NCBI GenBank assembly: GCA_964016885.1
Contig: OZ024740.1
Span: 144,956,001 to 145,020,000, forward strand
Direction of reading: 5' to 3'
Length of the DNA stretch: 64,000 nucleotides
Origin: Eledone cirrhosa
Lineage: Eukaryota
Position 1 is the first letter of the stretch; the number at the start of each line of letters is the position of its first letter. The translations under genes were made by a program, and so were the position numbers. The notes under the pieces are model-generated. The model did no database searches. It worked only from the letters and a program-made list of their open reading frames with translations, and was not told the DNA's origin. This document shows, piece by piece, positions 10,650-22,080 of this stretch.

Positions 10650-10960
10650 ACCTGTGTCGGTTTCGACAAGGAGTATTTCAAGTTATTCAACCTACGGAAT
10701 AATCTGCTCTTGAAATTAACATGTAAGTGACTGACCATTCCACAGACACGTATACCTCTAACATAATTCTCCGAGAGATTCAGCCTGACACTGGTATAGT
10801 CCACCCGGCGGACTTCCACACAGTTTCCGTCTATTCAATTTCCCTCACAAGGCATGGGTGGATCCGAGGCTATGGTAAATGACATATGCCCATGAGGCCG
10901 TGTGGTTGATCAAACCCGAGACGTAATGGTTGCGAAGCGAAGTTTTTAACCATGCGGTGT
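10650..10960 (-). mobile_element. Other tRNA-derived SINE-like repeat (related copies ~26405-26560, ~37800-37940, ~38260-38560, ~46105-46440)
   Basis: Minus strand head ATGGTTAAAAACTTCGCTTCGCAACC resembles GTGGTTAAGAAGTTCATTTCGCAACC at ~26416; ends approximate. Confidence 0.6.
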
Positions 10961-10992
10961 CTACAAATAACATTTATCAATAGTGTATCAAA

Positions 10993-11174
10993 TAATTGTT
11001 TCTACTTTAGGCACAAGGCCAGCAATTACCCAGTGCATTACTAGTACTTTATTTTATCGACCCCGTAAGGATGAAAGGCAAAGTCAACCTCGGCGGGATT
11101 TGAACTCAGATCGTAAAGGGACGTAACTATGCTGGAAAGCATGGCGTCCGACCCTCTACCGATACTGCCAATCC
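10993..11174 (-). mobile_element. Deu/Nin-like SINE, near full length
   Basis: Complete head, domain and tail; CAAATAAT on both flanks as a likely TSD. Confidence 0.85.
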
Positions 11175-11763
11175 CAAATAATATTTGTTTGTGGTTTCAA
11201 CCAAAACACAAACCTTACACTTGATTAATTCATACATAATTAATTTTAACCTCATTTTTATATCACGAGCTTTTACCTATAAGCTTTTAAACGTTTTGTG
11301 AACATGATTTTTCTTATAAATTTCGTCTGGGTCAGTTTACTGCATCATATTATCCAACAATAATCAACCATCATGTCTTTATTCTAAAATGTTTGGTATT
11401 TTTTTTCAATTTCATGAATATCTTGATAGAATCCTTGATCATTATTATTTTTTTTTTTTCTTGAAAGAAATTTAGATAAGAATGTCTGAAGTGCATTTTT
11501 AACGATATCCGACAGTCCTGGTATCAAGGGGGTTATTTACTCCGTGTCTATATGCAAATTTATAATTCCCTAGAAAGGTTTCGCATAACCATTAAAAAAC
11601 CTGTCAAGCTTTATAGTTGTGATGGCCAAATTCAATATCTTTTAAAACTTCTGATTTGCAGCATCGCAAAAATCCCTTGTTTAATATTGCCGCGCTCACA
11701 TTTGTGATTTCTTATTTCTATTTTTAGAAAGGTATTAAAATTTACTTTGATTGACTTGAAATA

Positions 11764-12067
11764 CAGTTGTCCCCCGGTATTCGCGGGGGTTACGTTCCTA
11801 GAGCACCCGCGAATATTGGACCTGGTCCATAAAAATGTCTATAAACGTCAAAACAACGTAAGATATAGACTGGCAAATACGATATATTGTTAATTTAGCG
11901 TTAAAAAGCGTTAAAAAAATATATTTCCACGAAAAAAGCCATAAAAAAAAATCGCGGAAGATATTTACGATTCCGTGAACATGCGGTGGTTTCGACGAAT
12001 AATAATTAGTTAGATTCTAAGGAAAATTCCGCGAATAACCAGGACCGTGAATGCTGGTGTTACACTA
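11764..12067. mobile_element. Tigger/pogo-type MITE
   Basis: TA|CAGTTGTCCCCCGGTATTCGCGGGGG left end; degenerate inverted right end followed by TA. Confidence 0.6.
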
Positions 12068-12912
12068 TATTGCTTTAGCAAATGTTAAATATGGAGGTAT
12101 TTAGATATTATAAAAATGAATATTAATTATATTTACACTACCGTCGACACTCTCACCCACACATACACACACACACACTTTAAACTAGCCACCTACACAT
12201 CCAAACGGATTCCACATATATACCTTGACGTCTGATAACGGCGCCCTTAGTGACGGACGAGTTCACTGGTTCTCACCTAACTCTCACTTCTGGATCTGGG
12301 ACATTTTTCAGTCACACCCTGGCAGGCTAAATTTAATGAGGGACTGAACACTTAGAGAGGAGATGGGTACTGCTAAGCACTTCTAAGGCACACTGAAATT
12401 CCATGATGGATACAATTAAACGACTGGCTGCACGGATTTCAGGAACTTGATTATTTGATATAGAGATGTGTTAGAAATATCTCCTTCGTATCAACCCAAA
12501 GGATGGATTGGACATTACTTATTCTAGGGACATATGTTGACGTTAGTGTCCAGGCATAATAATACAACGATCCATGGTAGTACGACTATCCTATACGAAA
12601 AGACTACTTTCCAAATCTTGCTTATTTGCGTGTCCATTACCACGGCAGTAGGTTCGAAATATCAACAGAGATTCCATTTATGATCATGGAATTGAATTTT
12701 ATCAAACAGTATATCAATATCATGCGTTACTTTTAGTCGGACAGAATGAGCAGTGGGAATGTATGGCTCTACATTGGTGTTATGCAGAAGTGCTTTTAAG
12801 CTTTTTTGTGATGAATCAATCACACGACGCAGATGTTATAGGAAACTGAGATAAGTCTGCGAAGAGTTCATTGATATCATTCCAATAGCAGATTGGACCA
12901 TTTACTGTAAAG

Positions 12913-13131
12913 CAGGCATGTGAAACTGAGACTACCCCGAGGGCCACGTGGGTCACATATGTGTTGTCTGAGGGCCACACATGACAACTAATTGCGCACA
13001 TTACAGCTAATTTTTAAAATTTTATATTACGAAGATAAAACATGCTCGCGCTGTAAAAACCTTTGCGCGGTCCGCAGGTGTGCTTGTAAAGCGCCAAATG
13101 CGGCCCGCGAGCCGCATGTTTGCCATGCCTG
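12913..13131. mobile_element. hAT-type MITE
   Basis: TIR CAGGCATG...CATGCCTG, internal GCGGCCCGCG, 8-bp flanks CTGTAAAG/TTGTAAAG (7/8 match). Confidence 0.8.
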
Positions 13132-13221
13132 TTGTAAAGCATGTTACCAAATTAAAATTTCGCTTTTACAAGCGATCCACTACTATACTCACACGCTCAC
13201 ACGCGCGCGAGCATATGTATG

Positions 13222-13656
13222 TTCTGGTTTTATAATTTCACAAAGTTTTACCAATAGCGAGAAAGTCGGTTTCTAACATAGACACAAGACTCTCTCAATG
13301 GAATTTACACAACATCAACTAGGTAGATATGTATGTATGTCTGCATGTGTAGATATGGATGTTATTGTATGTGTGGATGTGTATGTTTTGAGTTGTATGT
13401 GTACATGTGTATATGCTTTGTATCTGTATATGTGTATATGCAGTTATTAGATGCAACATTTTTGGAATGTTTTACATATTTTTACTGTTCCATTAATGGA
13501 TTGTAGTTGTAATTTCCTAACTAGTTGTGTTCTTTCTGTTCCTGTGAAGCCTAGCTTCTCAAGATTTGTATTGAGGCAATTACTAACATACCCCAGTGCC
13601 CCAATAATCACAGGCATAAATCTGAAGGTGTAATCAGGGTGGAGTATCTGCAGATT
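13222..13656 (-). mobile_element. 3' fragment of the R4/Dong-like non-LTR element
   Basis: Encodes NLQILHPDYTFRFMPVIIGALG...KICKTF plus 3' UTR, near-identical to ~25948-26380; TATG/CATA repeats at both junctions. Confidence 0.85.
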
Positions 13657-13929
13657 TGTTTGTATGTATGTATGTATGTATGTGTATGTCGGGTCACTCT
13701 TGAGTGCTACTGGTAACATGCAACCCTGTACAACCTGTCGCATGACCGGGTCGTCGGCGACTAAACCGGCAACCCCCACTAAGTTTAAGTGGTGAGGAGG
13801 GTGATTTTGGACATCCTGCAGGACAAAAAACAAAACCTGACAAAGGGTGGAAGGACTCATATGAGTCAACAGCCATCCAAAAATGTGTAAATATGTATGT
13901 AGATGTATGCATATGTATATATGTATATA

Positions 13930-14381
13930 TGTAGCGAGATCTGTCCACGCCTTGAACCCTGGGTGACACCTAAAAGTCAAATTCTAGGTCACCATCCTTT
14001 TCGGCGTAAACAGGTTCATGCGTGGGCGATCGCTCGAGGCGGAAGACAGGAAGCGACAGATATAAAAAGCTTGTATCAACCCACGTCTAACACACAGAGA
14101 GATCGGAGCAGTACGCTAGAGAATAGCTATGTGAAAGATTCACCGCTACCTACAGGCTGCTGAGGTTTACAGACAACCACAGACCATTACTCTCTCTCTC
14201 ACTCCTGGTCTCAGACTACACCAGCCTCATGAAGCCACAACAAAATAACATCATCAACCTTTGCGACTCGTGGTAACTTATTTGTTGTTCTTTTTGACTG
14301 ATATGAAGTAAACCTTTTCATATATAAAGTAAATCAGCTATTCTTGTTATTTCACCTAACGACCACCATAAATACCCTTCG

Positions 14382-14386
<5 letters not shown>
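13930..14386 (+). mobile_element. Solo LTR
   Basis: Termini TGTAGCGA...TCGTTACA, TATAAAA at 14061, AGTAAA signals near the 3' end; sits in TA/CA repeats, so no clear TSD. Confidence 0.7.
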
Positions 14387-14459
<73 letters not shown>

Positions 14460-14773
14460 GTAAATATGTGTATGCATGTGTATGTATATGCGCGAGGACA
14501 GAAATAATCGGGCTGGATACCCGATCGCGCTGTTAAACCACTGGGAGTGAAGGACTCCTAGCCTTTGTCTGGGCATTCTTCTTGGAGAAGGCAACTCAGG
14601 AAACTGGGATATAAAACTTGCGGCTCAGTAGTTACCGATGATGTTGATCTATTCTTCTTTTTGGGTTATAGCTACTGTCGCTCAGAGAGTGGCATTGGCT
14701 CAGTGCACAGTCTTTCCTCACTTTAGAAAATATCTTCACGCACAGGCATTGCAAGACAGCATTAATTAATCAT

Positions 14774-14951
14774 GGATTGGCAGTATCGGTAGAGGGTCGA
14801 AAGCCATGCTTTCCAGCATAGTTACGTCCCTTTACGATCTGAGTTCAAATCCCGCCGATGTTGACTTTGCCTTTCATCCTTACGGGGTCGATAAAATAAA
14901 GTACCAGTAATGCACTGAGTAATTGCTGGCCTTGTGCCTAAAGTAGAAACA
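14774..14951 (+). mobile_element. Deu/Nin-like SINE with a 13-bp TSD
   Basis: ATTAATTAATCAT at 14761-14773 and 14952-14964. Confidence 0.9.
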
Positions 14952-15540
14952 ATTAATTAATCATTATTAATAATGGTATATCGTGCAATGGCCATACTCG
15001 ATAACGAGGGGGGCAGCCATCATGTATGTATGTATGTATGTATGTATGTATGTATGTATGTATGTATGTATACTCGTGTACTCGTGCCGTCTGAAATAAT
15101 GACAGGTTTATTAGTTTATTAGAAAATGACGTATCAGTTCAAAAAGATGGATGAAACAATTGATAAATTTCTTACGTAAAATTTTACATTTGGTATTTAA
15201 TAGAAAAATATTACAAATGATTCATAAATGTTATGTTTCATCTTGCTTGTTGTAACCAATACCCAGTTGTATCAGTAAAAAATAGACTTTTATTCACTAT
15301 AAATAATAAAGAAACAGTAAAGAAATTATAAAAGATGTAAATATATATAGATCAATTAAATAATGAAATTTTATAACATTTTTCTCTGCTTCATTTGATT
15401 TCCAACACTCATTGGTGTCAACCAGGTAACCATATAATTGTTTCAACATTTGGCACAAGGAAAAGTCAATTAAATCGACCCCAGTGCATTACTGGTGCTT
15501 TATTTTATCGACTCTGTAAAGGCAAAGCTATATATATTAG

Positions 15541-15664
15541 GTAGTAACATGTGCTTATGTCGTATTTGACTAAATAGAATTAGTCTGTTAGTTGGGATTT
15601 AACAAATAAACAACTAACAGACTAATTCCATTTAGTCAAATATGGCATAAGCACATGTTACTAC
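15541..15664. repeat. Hairpin (arms 15541-15594 and 15611-15664), homologous to 36710-36773
   Basis: Direct reverse-complement comparison. Confidence 0.8.
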
Positions 15665-15925
15665 AGGTTCTGCTGCACGTCGGGCTGAGGAGGCGAAACT
15701 CCTCAAATGCCGGTCGTTCTCCGACAGGTTTGCGGTTGTACCCTTGGCAGTGGAGACTTCTAGTGTCCTCGGCCCTAGGTCTACCTCCCTACTCACCACC
15801 ATAGGCGCTGAGCTGGCCAGCCGCAGGTGTGAACCCCGCCTGTTGGAGTGGCCTTTCCAGCGTGTCTCCCTTGCCGTCCTCCGGGGAAACGCCTTCTTCA
15901 TTCTGTCCGCCGTGGCTGCGGGGAG
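15665..15925 (+). mobile_element. CRE-like non-LTR element, C-terminal endonuclease fragment
   Basis: VPLAVETSSVLGP...FQRVSLAVLRGNA; homologous to 20063-20146 and 20845-21445. Confidence 0.75.
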
Positions 15926-16108
15926 ACAAGCCGATTATATTACGAATTCTGTTGTCTTAAATACATTTAATACTTGGGTAAGTAATGCGGATATCACAAA
16001 GAGGGTGGACTATAACGCACCAGAGTGCTCAATATTTAATTTTATTGATCTACTGGCTTCTACTTTAAAAAAAAAAAGAAATTATTTGTACATTAAAATT
16101 ACACAGTC

Positions 16109-16154
<46 letters not shown>

Positions 16155-16249
16155 GAAGGGGTATTTAGTTTGTTGGAAGTTCGACAAATATAAATGTTTA
16201 TAACTGAATTAGAGCACTCAACAGTGAAACAAAAAAAAAATTGGAGTAA

Positions 16250-16490
16250 ATATTCAATGATATTAAATAAATGGAAACTATATTTATAAAACCATATTTA
16301 TTTTATTATTTTATTATAACCAGTGAATTTCCAACCGATAAGGTATGATTTTCATGGGTACGTCTCTATTTATAAAACAAACTTTGTATTTTATCTGATG
16401 AAAGCGCACCAATGTTGTCTTGGTTGCCCTTGATATATATATAATAAAATAAATATAGTTTTATAAATATAGTTTCCATTTATTTAATAT

Positions 16491-16500
<10 letters not shown>
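16250..16500. mobile_element. Fold-back element (arms ~16250-16309 and 16441-16500) with a decayed hammerhead at 16388-16450
   Basis: ATTTTAT-CTGATGA-stem-GATA(for GAAA)...ATAAAAT, the same stem I as 7471-7536; between (TA)n tracts. Confidence 0.6.
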
Positions 16501-16578
<78 letters not shown>

Positions 16579-16715
16579 ATACTTTGGGAGGGTCATGTTG
16601 CCAATACGCACCAGTTGCTTTCACTTCAATTTATTATAATAAATTTATAAATTTAGGAATTTATAAATTTCTGGTTGGTTGGTTGGTTCCACAACCAGAT
16701 AGTTGTTTATATATT

Positions 16716-16758
16716 GTCAAAGTTCTTTCGTCACACATTCTGTGACCTCTTCAGTGAC
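16716..16758 (-). ncRNA. Minimal hammerhead motif in the PLE 3' arm
   Basis: Reverse complement of 19543-19585. Confidence 0.8.
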
Positions 16759-16959
16759 TGGGGATTCTTTTCTTTGTTTTTGTGCCTCTCCTTTGTTCTG
16801 TCCTACGCCATTTTGTTTCTGTGTGTGTGTTGTGTGCTCAGTCTGCGCATGCGCCACATCCAGGTGTCTGTGTGTGTTTATATTCGTTTATTTATTTGTT
16901 TATTTACATGTTACCGGTTGGTTGTTTGTTCTATGTGCGTGTGTGTTTTCATTTTGTCC

Positions 16960-19036
16960 TTAATTGTAAGTTGTGATGTTGCTGTTCCACTCATATTTTC
17001 TATTTAATTTTGGTTGTAATTCTTTTATGTTTATTGCCTCTGATTTGTCTAAACATTGCGTCTTTTCTGTGTGTAGATTCTATTTTTATTTCTATGTTCT
17101 CTAATTTACCCTTATGTTCTATTTTAGCATGTTGGTAGAGTACAGATGATTCTTTACTATCTTGAAGGTCTCGCCAGTGTTCATTTATCCGTTCTCCTAT
17201 ACTACGAGATGTCTCACCTATGTACACTATATTTTTGTCTCTACATTGTCCTTCAGTACATCTTATGCTATATACTACATTTCTAGTTTTACAGTTAATA
17301 TGGGGGCTTATTTTACAGGTTATATATTTCCTATCTATACAGGGGGTCTTTGAAAAGGGTATGTCTTGCTAATAAGTGTTTTTACGGAGGTACCTGGTCT
17401 TTCTACTATCTTAATATTGAGTTTATGTTTATCTAGGGCCCTTCTAAATTTGTAAGCTAATTCACCTCTAGGGGTTGTATCGATGAACATTACACTCTGG
17501 TATTTATTGCTATCATACGATGAGTTTATTCTATTAGCCTTATTCCTAGTTCTTTCTATTCTATTCCAAAATTTGCTCCTATACAAGGGGCAGGTCCCAT
17601 TTGTGTCATTATTTACCATTTTTTCCCATTTGGTTCTGGCTCCTCTATACACTCTGATTTTATCTCTCTGATTGTAACCAGAGAACTGCATACGGTGGAT
17701 GAAGTGTTGTATGTGTCTCTCTAGTTCTTCGGGGTTGCACATGCGGGACACGTTTCTCATCACCCGTACCAAATCAGCAATCAGTATGTTGATTTTGGTA
17801 TGGTCCGAAACAGCTGAGTTTCGGTGGATCAGATGTTTGGAAGTTATGGGTTTGGCATAATGGGAATGGAGGATTTGTTTTTTGTTATTAATGGTATCTA
17901 ACCAGAGCTCTGTGTCTAGTACAGGTAATCGATGGTTGAGGTGTTTACTTGGGTAATCTATAATAACTCTAATACTCTGGTGGATGGAGTTAGCTATTTG
18001 CTGGATGCTTTCCATTGTGTTTTTCTCTAGTTCCTGACTGATCTCTAGTGGGGGTGTCTTAACTACGATGTTTATATCATCAACGTAGCGGGAGTACATT
18101 ATCAGGGTTAAGGGGTCTTCTAATTGTTCTTTAAGTTTAAGTTTAAGTCTACTGTCCCACCATACCATGAATAAGTTAGCTATGTCGCCTGCAATGCTAA
18201 CACCAATGGCTGCTCCTTCCTCTTGGGCATATGTTTTTCCATTAAATTTGAACATATGTTCCTTAAGGGTTAGTTTTATGCTGGCCCCTACCGCATGTGC
18301 AATCATTTTCTTCAGTTCATCGTGGTTTTCGGGTGTCCGTATGGCTCTGGTCCACCCGTTCCATCTATCTGTGTGGGTTTTCTTGGCCATTGAGGTAATG
18401 GTAGGTGGTCTGCCTCTTGCTGGTCTTGTAGGGCATAGGTTACTAAGGTCATATGTGTCTAGGTAATTATTACTATAGGTAAGTTTAAGTAGGAGTCCCA
18501 GCTCACTGGTATCAATCCCACGGAACTCAACATTGCTCTCACTGATCATTTCTACGCATTTCTCCACAGCAAAATCCACGTCAATAGATGGATACAGGGA
18601 CACAACATCCATACTACCTATTATGCAGTTTGTTAGGTCCCTAGATCGGTTACTCTCGCCGATTCTGCTGAGGAGGTCCTCCGTGCTGTCACATATATCT
18701 GGGGGACATTTCAATGATGGGGCGTATGATCAGGGAGAGGAAGTAGGACAGTCTGTAGTTACTAGCAATGTTAGCTCCACAGACTGGCCGTGTTGGTGGT
18801 CCCGTGACAGGGTCACTGCCCGTGTTATGGTCTTTTCGAAGCCCATACAACGCCGGCACGTCATTGTTCCAGGCCTGGAAGTTGTTGGCAGTCCTTTTGT
18901 TGGGCTGCATTATATTCGTCCACATCACCATATGGGCATTGAGGGCTTTTTCTCTATCCTCATGCTCCTGTGGTGTTACCTCTCTTGTGTTAGTGATGTG
19001 GGGTTGCATTGCCTGGATGTAGTTTGGCAGGCTGTC
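16960..19036 (-). pseudogene. PLE reverse transcriptase plus GIY-YIG endonuclease, three frameshifts
   Basis: LYGLRKDH, RPVCGA, SMDVVSLYPSI, GAAIGVSIAGDIANLFMVWWD, RYVDD (~18076-18090), LPVLD; after a frameshift at ~17341: Cys-rich linker, NVVYSIRCTEGQC, YIGETSR, HAKIEH, LNRKYEWN. Other frameshifts at ~18700 and ~17042. Confidence 0.88.
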
Positions 19037-19542
19037 AAGATGTACTGAAGGACAATGTAGAGACAAAAATATAGTGTACATAGGTGAGACAGCTCGTAGT
19101 GTAGGGGAACGGATAAATGAACACTGGCGAGACCTTCAAGATAGTAAAGAATCATCTGTACTCTACCAACATGCTAAAATAGAACATAAGGGTAAATTAG
19201 AGAACATAGAAATAAAAATAGAATCTACACACAGAAAAGACGCAATGTTTAGACAAATCACAGAGGCAATAAACATAAAAGAATTACAACCAAAATTAAA
19301 TAGAAAATGAGTGGAACAGCAACATCACAACTTACAATTAAGGACAAAATGAAAACACACAGGCACATAGAACAAACAACCAACCGGTAACATGTAAATA
19401 AACAAACAAATAAACGAATATAAACATACACAGACACCCGGATGTGGCGCATGCGCAGACTGAGCACACAACACACACACAGAAACAAAATGGCGTAGGA
19501 CAGAACAAAGGAGAGGCACAAAAACAAAGAAAAGAATCCCCA

Positions 19543-19585
19543 GTCACTGAAGAGGTCACAGAATGTGTGACGAAAGAACTTTGAC
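19543..19585 (+). ncRNA. Minimal hammerhead motif in the inverted PLE arm
   Basis: GTCA-CTGAAGA-G-GTCACA-gaatg-TGTGAC-GAAA-GAA-CTT-TGAC. Confidence 0.8.
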
Positions 19586-19793
19586 AATATATAAACAACT
19601 ATCTGGTTGTGGAACCAACCAACCAACCAGAAATTTATAAATTCCTAAATTTATAAATTTATTATAATAAATTGAAGTGAAAGCAACTGGTGCGTGTGTT
19701 TCTTATTGGCAACATGACCCTCCCAAAGTATAACAATATCGGTTTCAACACACGTTTTCAGCTAAAGAATCTTGCTAAACAAATTCAGAAACG

Positions 19794-19856
<63 letters not shown>

Positions 19857-20844
19857 TACATATATACATGTAAGAGGTAAACAGAAATAACAACACAATC
19901 GGTACATGTGTGTGTATGTATATATACAGGGAAAATTACATCCTTAACCACCAATATCACATTGTCAATGAAAATAATATAAACAACAAAAAACAAAAAT
20001 GTTATGACCACCAACCGTGATAAAGCCGTAGAATGTCAGACAGTATGGTTCTTCCAGCACACCTCCCTTACCATCCTTCGGGGAAACGCCTTCTCCATTC
20101 TGTCCGCCGGCGCTGTGGAGCAGCCAGCACGTGGGACCCCATTTGCTCACTACACAGAGAGATGGGGAGGGTGATAGAAATGGGGGCGATGACGGTGGGA
20201 GTTCGGCTCTTCCGTGTTCGGACACATTTCACCTGTCAAGATAACTGATATTTCCGAATGGTCAGTGATAGCCAGATCTATTGTGCTGCAACAGAGAATT
20301 GTAATTCTTACTATTGTCACAATTGGCCTCTTGTAATTATTTCTTGGAGATATCTCACTGTCTCAGACTCCCCTGTAATTACATACCGCATAATTTAATA
20401 CATACGACAGCTAACATTCATTCACCCTCTTTATATTTGTATGTATAGAATAGAGGTGTATATGAAAGCATTTACAATAAGTATGATAAACATACAGAAA
20501 TCTTGCTGTGGATATTCTTAGCTGTTATCACACCACTGCTACCTCAGTACCTATGCGAAAACACCATATACTCTCACGGTACTGATGCAACCGTGCCATG
20601 ATCACAGCTTAAAATACCCACAGCGAAACTTCTGTATATTTATTAAACATAAACATATCGTATATGCTTTCATATTTTGAATCACGCTGTGTTAGTGCTC
20701 AATAAATGTTGTATTCCGATCCGAAGAAGAAAAATTCCTAAAATGACAAACTTATGAATAGAATTTCCAATTTTGCCACAAGGCCTGCAATTCAGGGGAA
20801 GAGAAAGTCGATAATATCGACTCCAGTATTTAACTGTATTATGA

Positions 20845-21445
20845 ACAAATGGGGTCACACGTGCTGGCCACCCCCACGGCCCCGGCCGACAGAATGGAGA
20901 AGGCGTTTCTCCGGAGGATGGTAAGGAAGATGCGCTGGAAAAGCCATTCCATCTCGCGAGGCTCACACCTGCGGCTGGCCAACTCAGCGCCTATGGTGGT
21001 AACTACGGCCAAGGACGCCAGAAGTTTCCACTGCTAGGGGCTCGACTCCAAACCTGGCGGAGATCGACCGATACTTGGAGAGTTTGCCATCCTCAGCCCG
21101 AAGTGCAGAAGAATCTGGGTTAATCGCAGACTGCACCAGGTTGAGGCCAGAGAAAGTGTCGCTGCAAGTGGTATCCCAGACGAGAGGTCTGCTACCGCGG
21201 AACGAGAAGTTGGACATACCGTCTGGCCTTTTGCCGTCCCCTCGGTCCAGCCCTACCGGCTCGAGCTGGGAGGGGAAGCCTGCATCATCCAAGCAATACT
21301 TTATGACCTCGTTGAGGGCGGCATGGCGTGGAAGGCGGCTGGCACTCTAGCGACAGGAAAGCGGGTGGAGGCCGAAAGAGTCCACGGTGGATCCGCAGCG
21401 ACATTTGTGTGGTTCGCAGATCCGGAGGCCAAGCCTCATGGAAAC
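20845..21445 (-). mobile_element. CRE-like non-LTR element 3' fragment (zinc knuckle plus restriction-like endonuclease)
   Basis: [34 protein letters not shown]...VWDTTC, PLAVETSGVLG; stop and deletions present. Confidence 0.85.
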
Positions 21446-22080
21446 TTGTACTTATTTTATTGACTAGTACTTATTTTATTGATCCCTGAAAGATGAAAGG
21501 TAAAGTTAACTCCAGCAGGACATGAACTTAGAACATAATAAGCTATAACTATAAAACAGAAACATCAAAAAGGAAAAAAAAAAGGAAGAAAAACAAACCA
21601 TAGGCAGCCAATATAACGCAAACCTGAAACAAAACAAAAATAAAACAAATTATCAAAACAAAATTAGAAACCAACTAATGAAATAAATCGCCACAGATAA
21701 CTTCTAAATAAAAGTAACATACGAAAAAGAACATTAGAAATCAACCAATGGAATTAAGAGCCATGAAAGAATAAGCCCACACCGGTAGATGTAATCAAAC
21801 TGATGATCGAGTAATAGCAGTTATCGCCTGATGATCGGCAGTACATGAAACTTGCGAAGCGAAAAAAGGCATTCAGTTTGAATCAAACACACACATATAC
21901 TAGCGGCACACGTGCGCGCGCGAGCGCACGCACACACACACACATACGTTCTCCCCCATCTCTATTTCTTTCTCTCTCCCTCCCTCTCTTACAGGTCAGG
22001 TACCGAAATAATTTTGTTCTGCTGTCGGCACCTGATAACGGGAATTTTCCATAGTGCTAGCTGTTTGCAGAAGATAACAC

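Larger units (their letters stand above)
13688..15070 (+). mobile_element. Non-autonomous RTE-related element interrupted by a solo LTR and a SINE
   Basis: Head 13688-13883 and body ~14540-14760 match the elements at 22081-23810; terminus and (TATG)n tail at 14981-15070. Confidence 0.7.
16572..19739 (-). mobile_element. Penelope-like element (possibly Naiad-type), 5'-truncated with an inverted pseudo-LTR
   Basis: Inverted arms 16572-17264 and 19037-19739; RT and GIY-YIG on the minus strand; one hammerhead per arm; (TA)n on the left and 56 bp beyond the right end. Confidence 0.92.

Noticed and set aside
12240-12905. Unique, moderately GC-richer stretch
   Set aside because: No ORF, motif or terminal structure that I can support.
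18167-19048. Plus-strand ORFs over the PLE, and similar antisense ORFs over the RTE, transposase and Helitron
   Set aside because: Shadow frames of coding sequence on the other strand.
16960-19310. Selenocysteine recoding in the Naiad-like PLE
   Set aside because: No in-frame TGA at cysteine positions in the surviving ORF; the TGA at 19308-19310 results from a 2-nt deletion relative to the left arm; no SECIS recognised.
21800-21852. Two CTGATGA words followed by GAAAC
   Set aside because: No convincing stem II or stem I, and no terminal stem for a C/D snoRNA.
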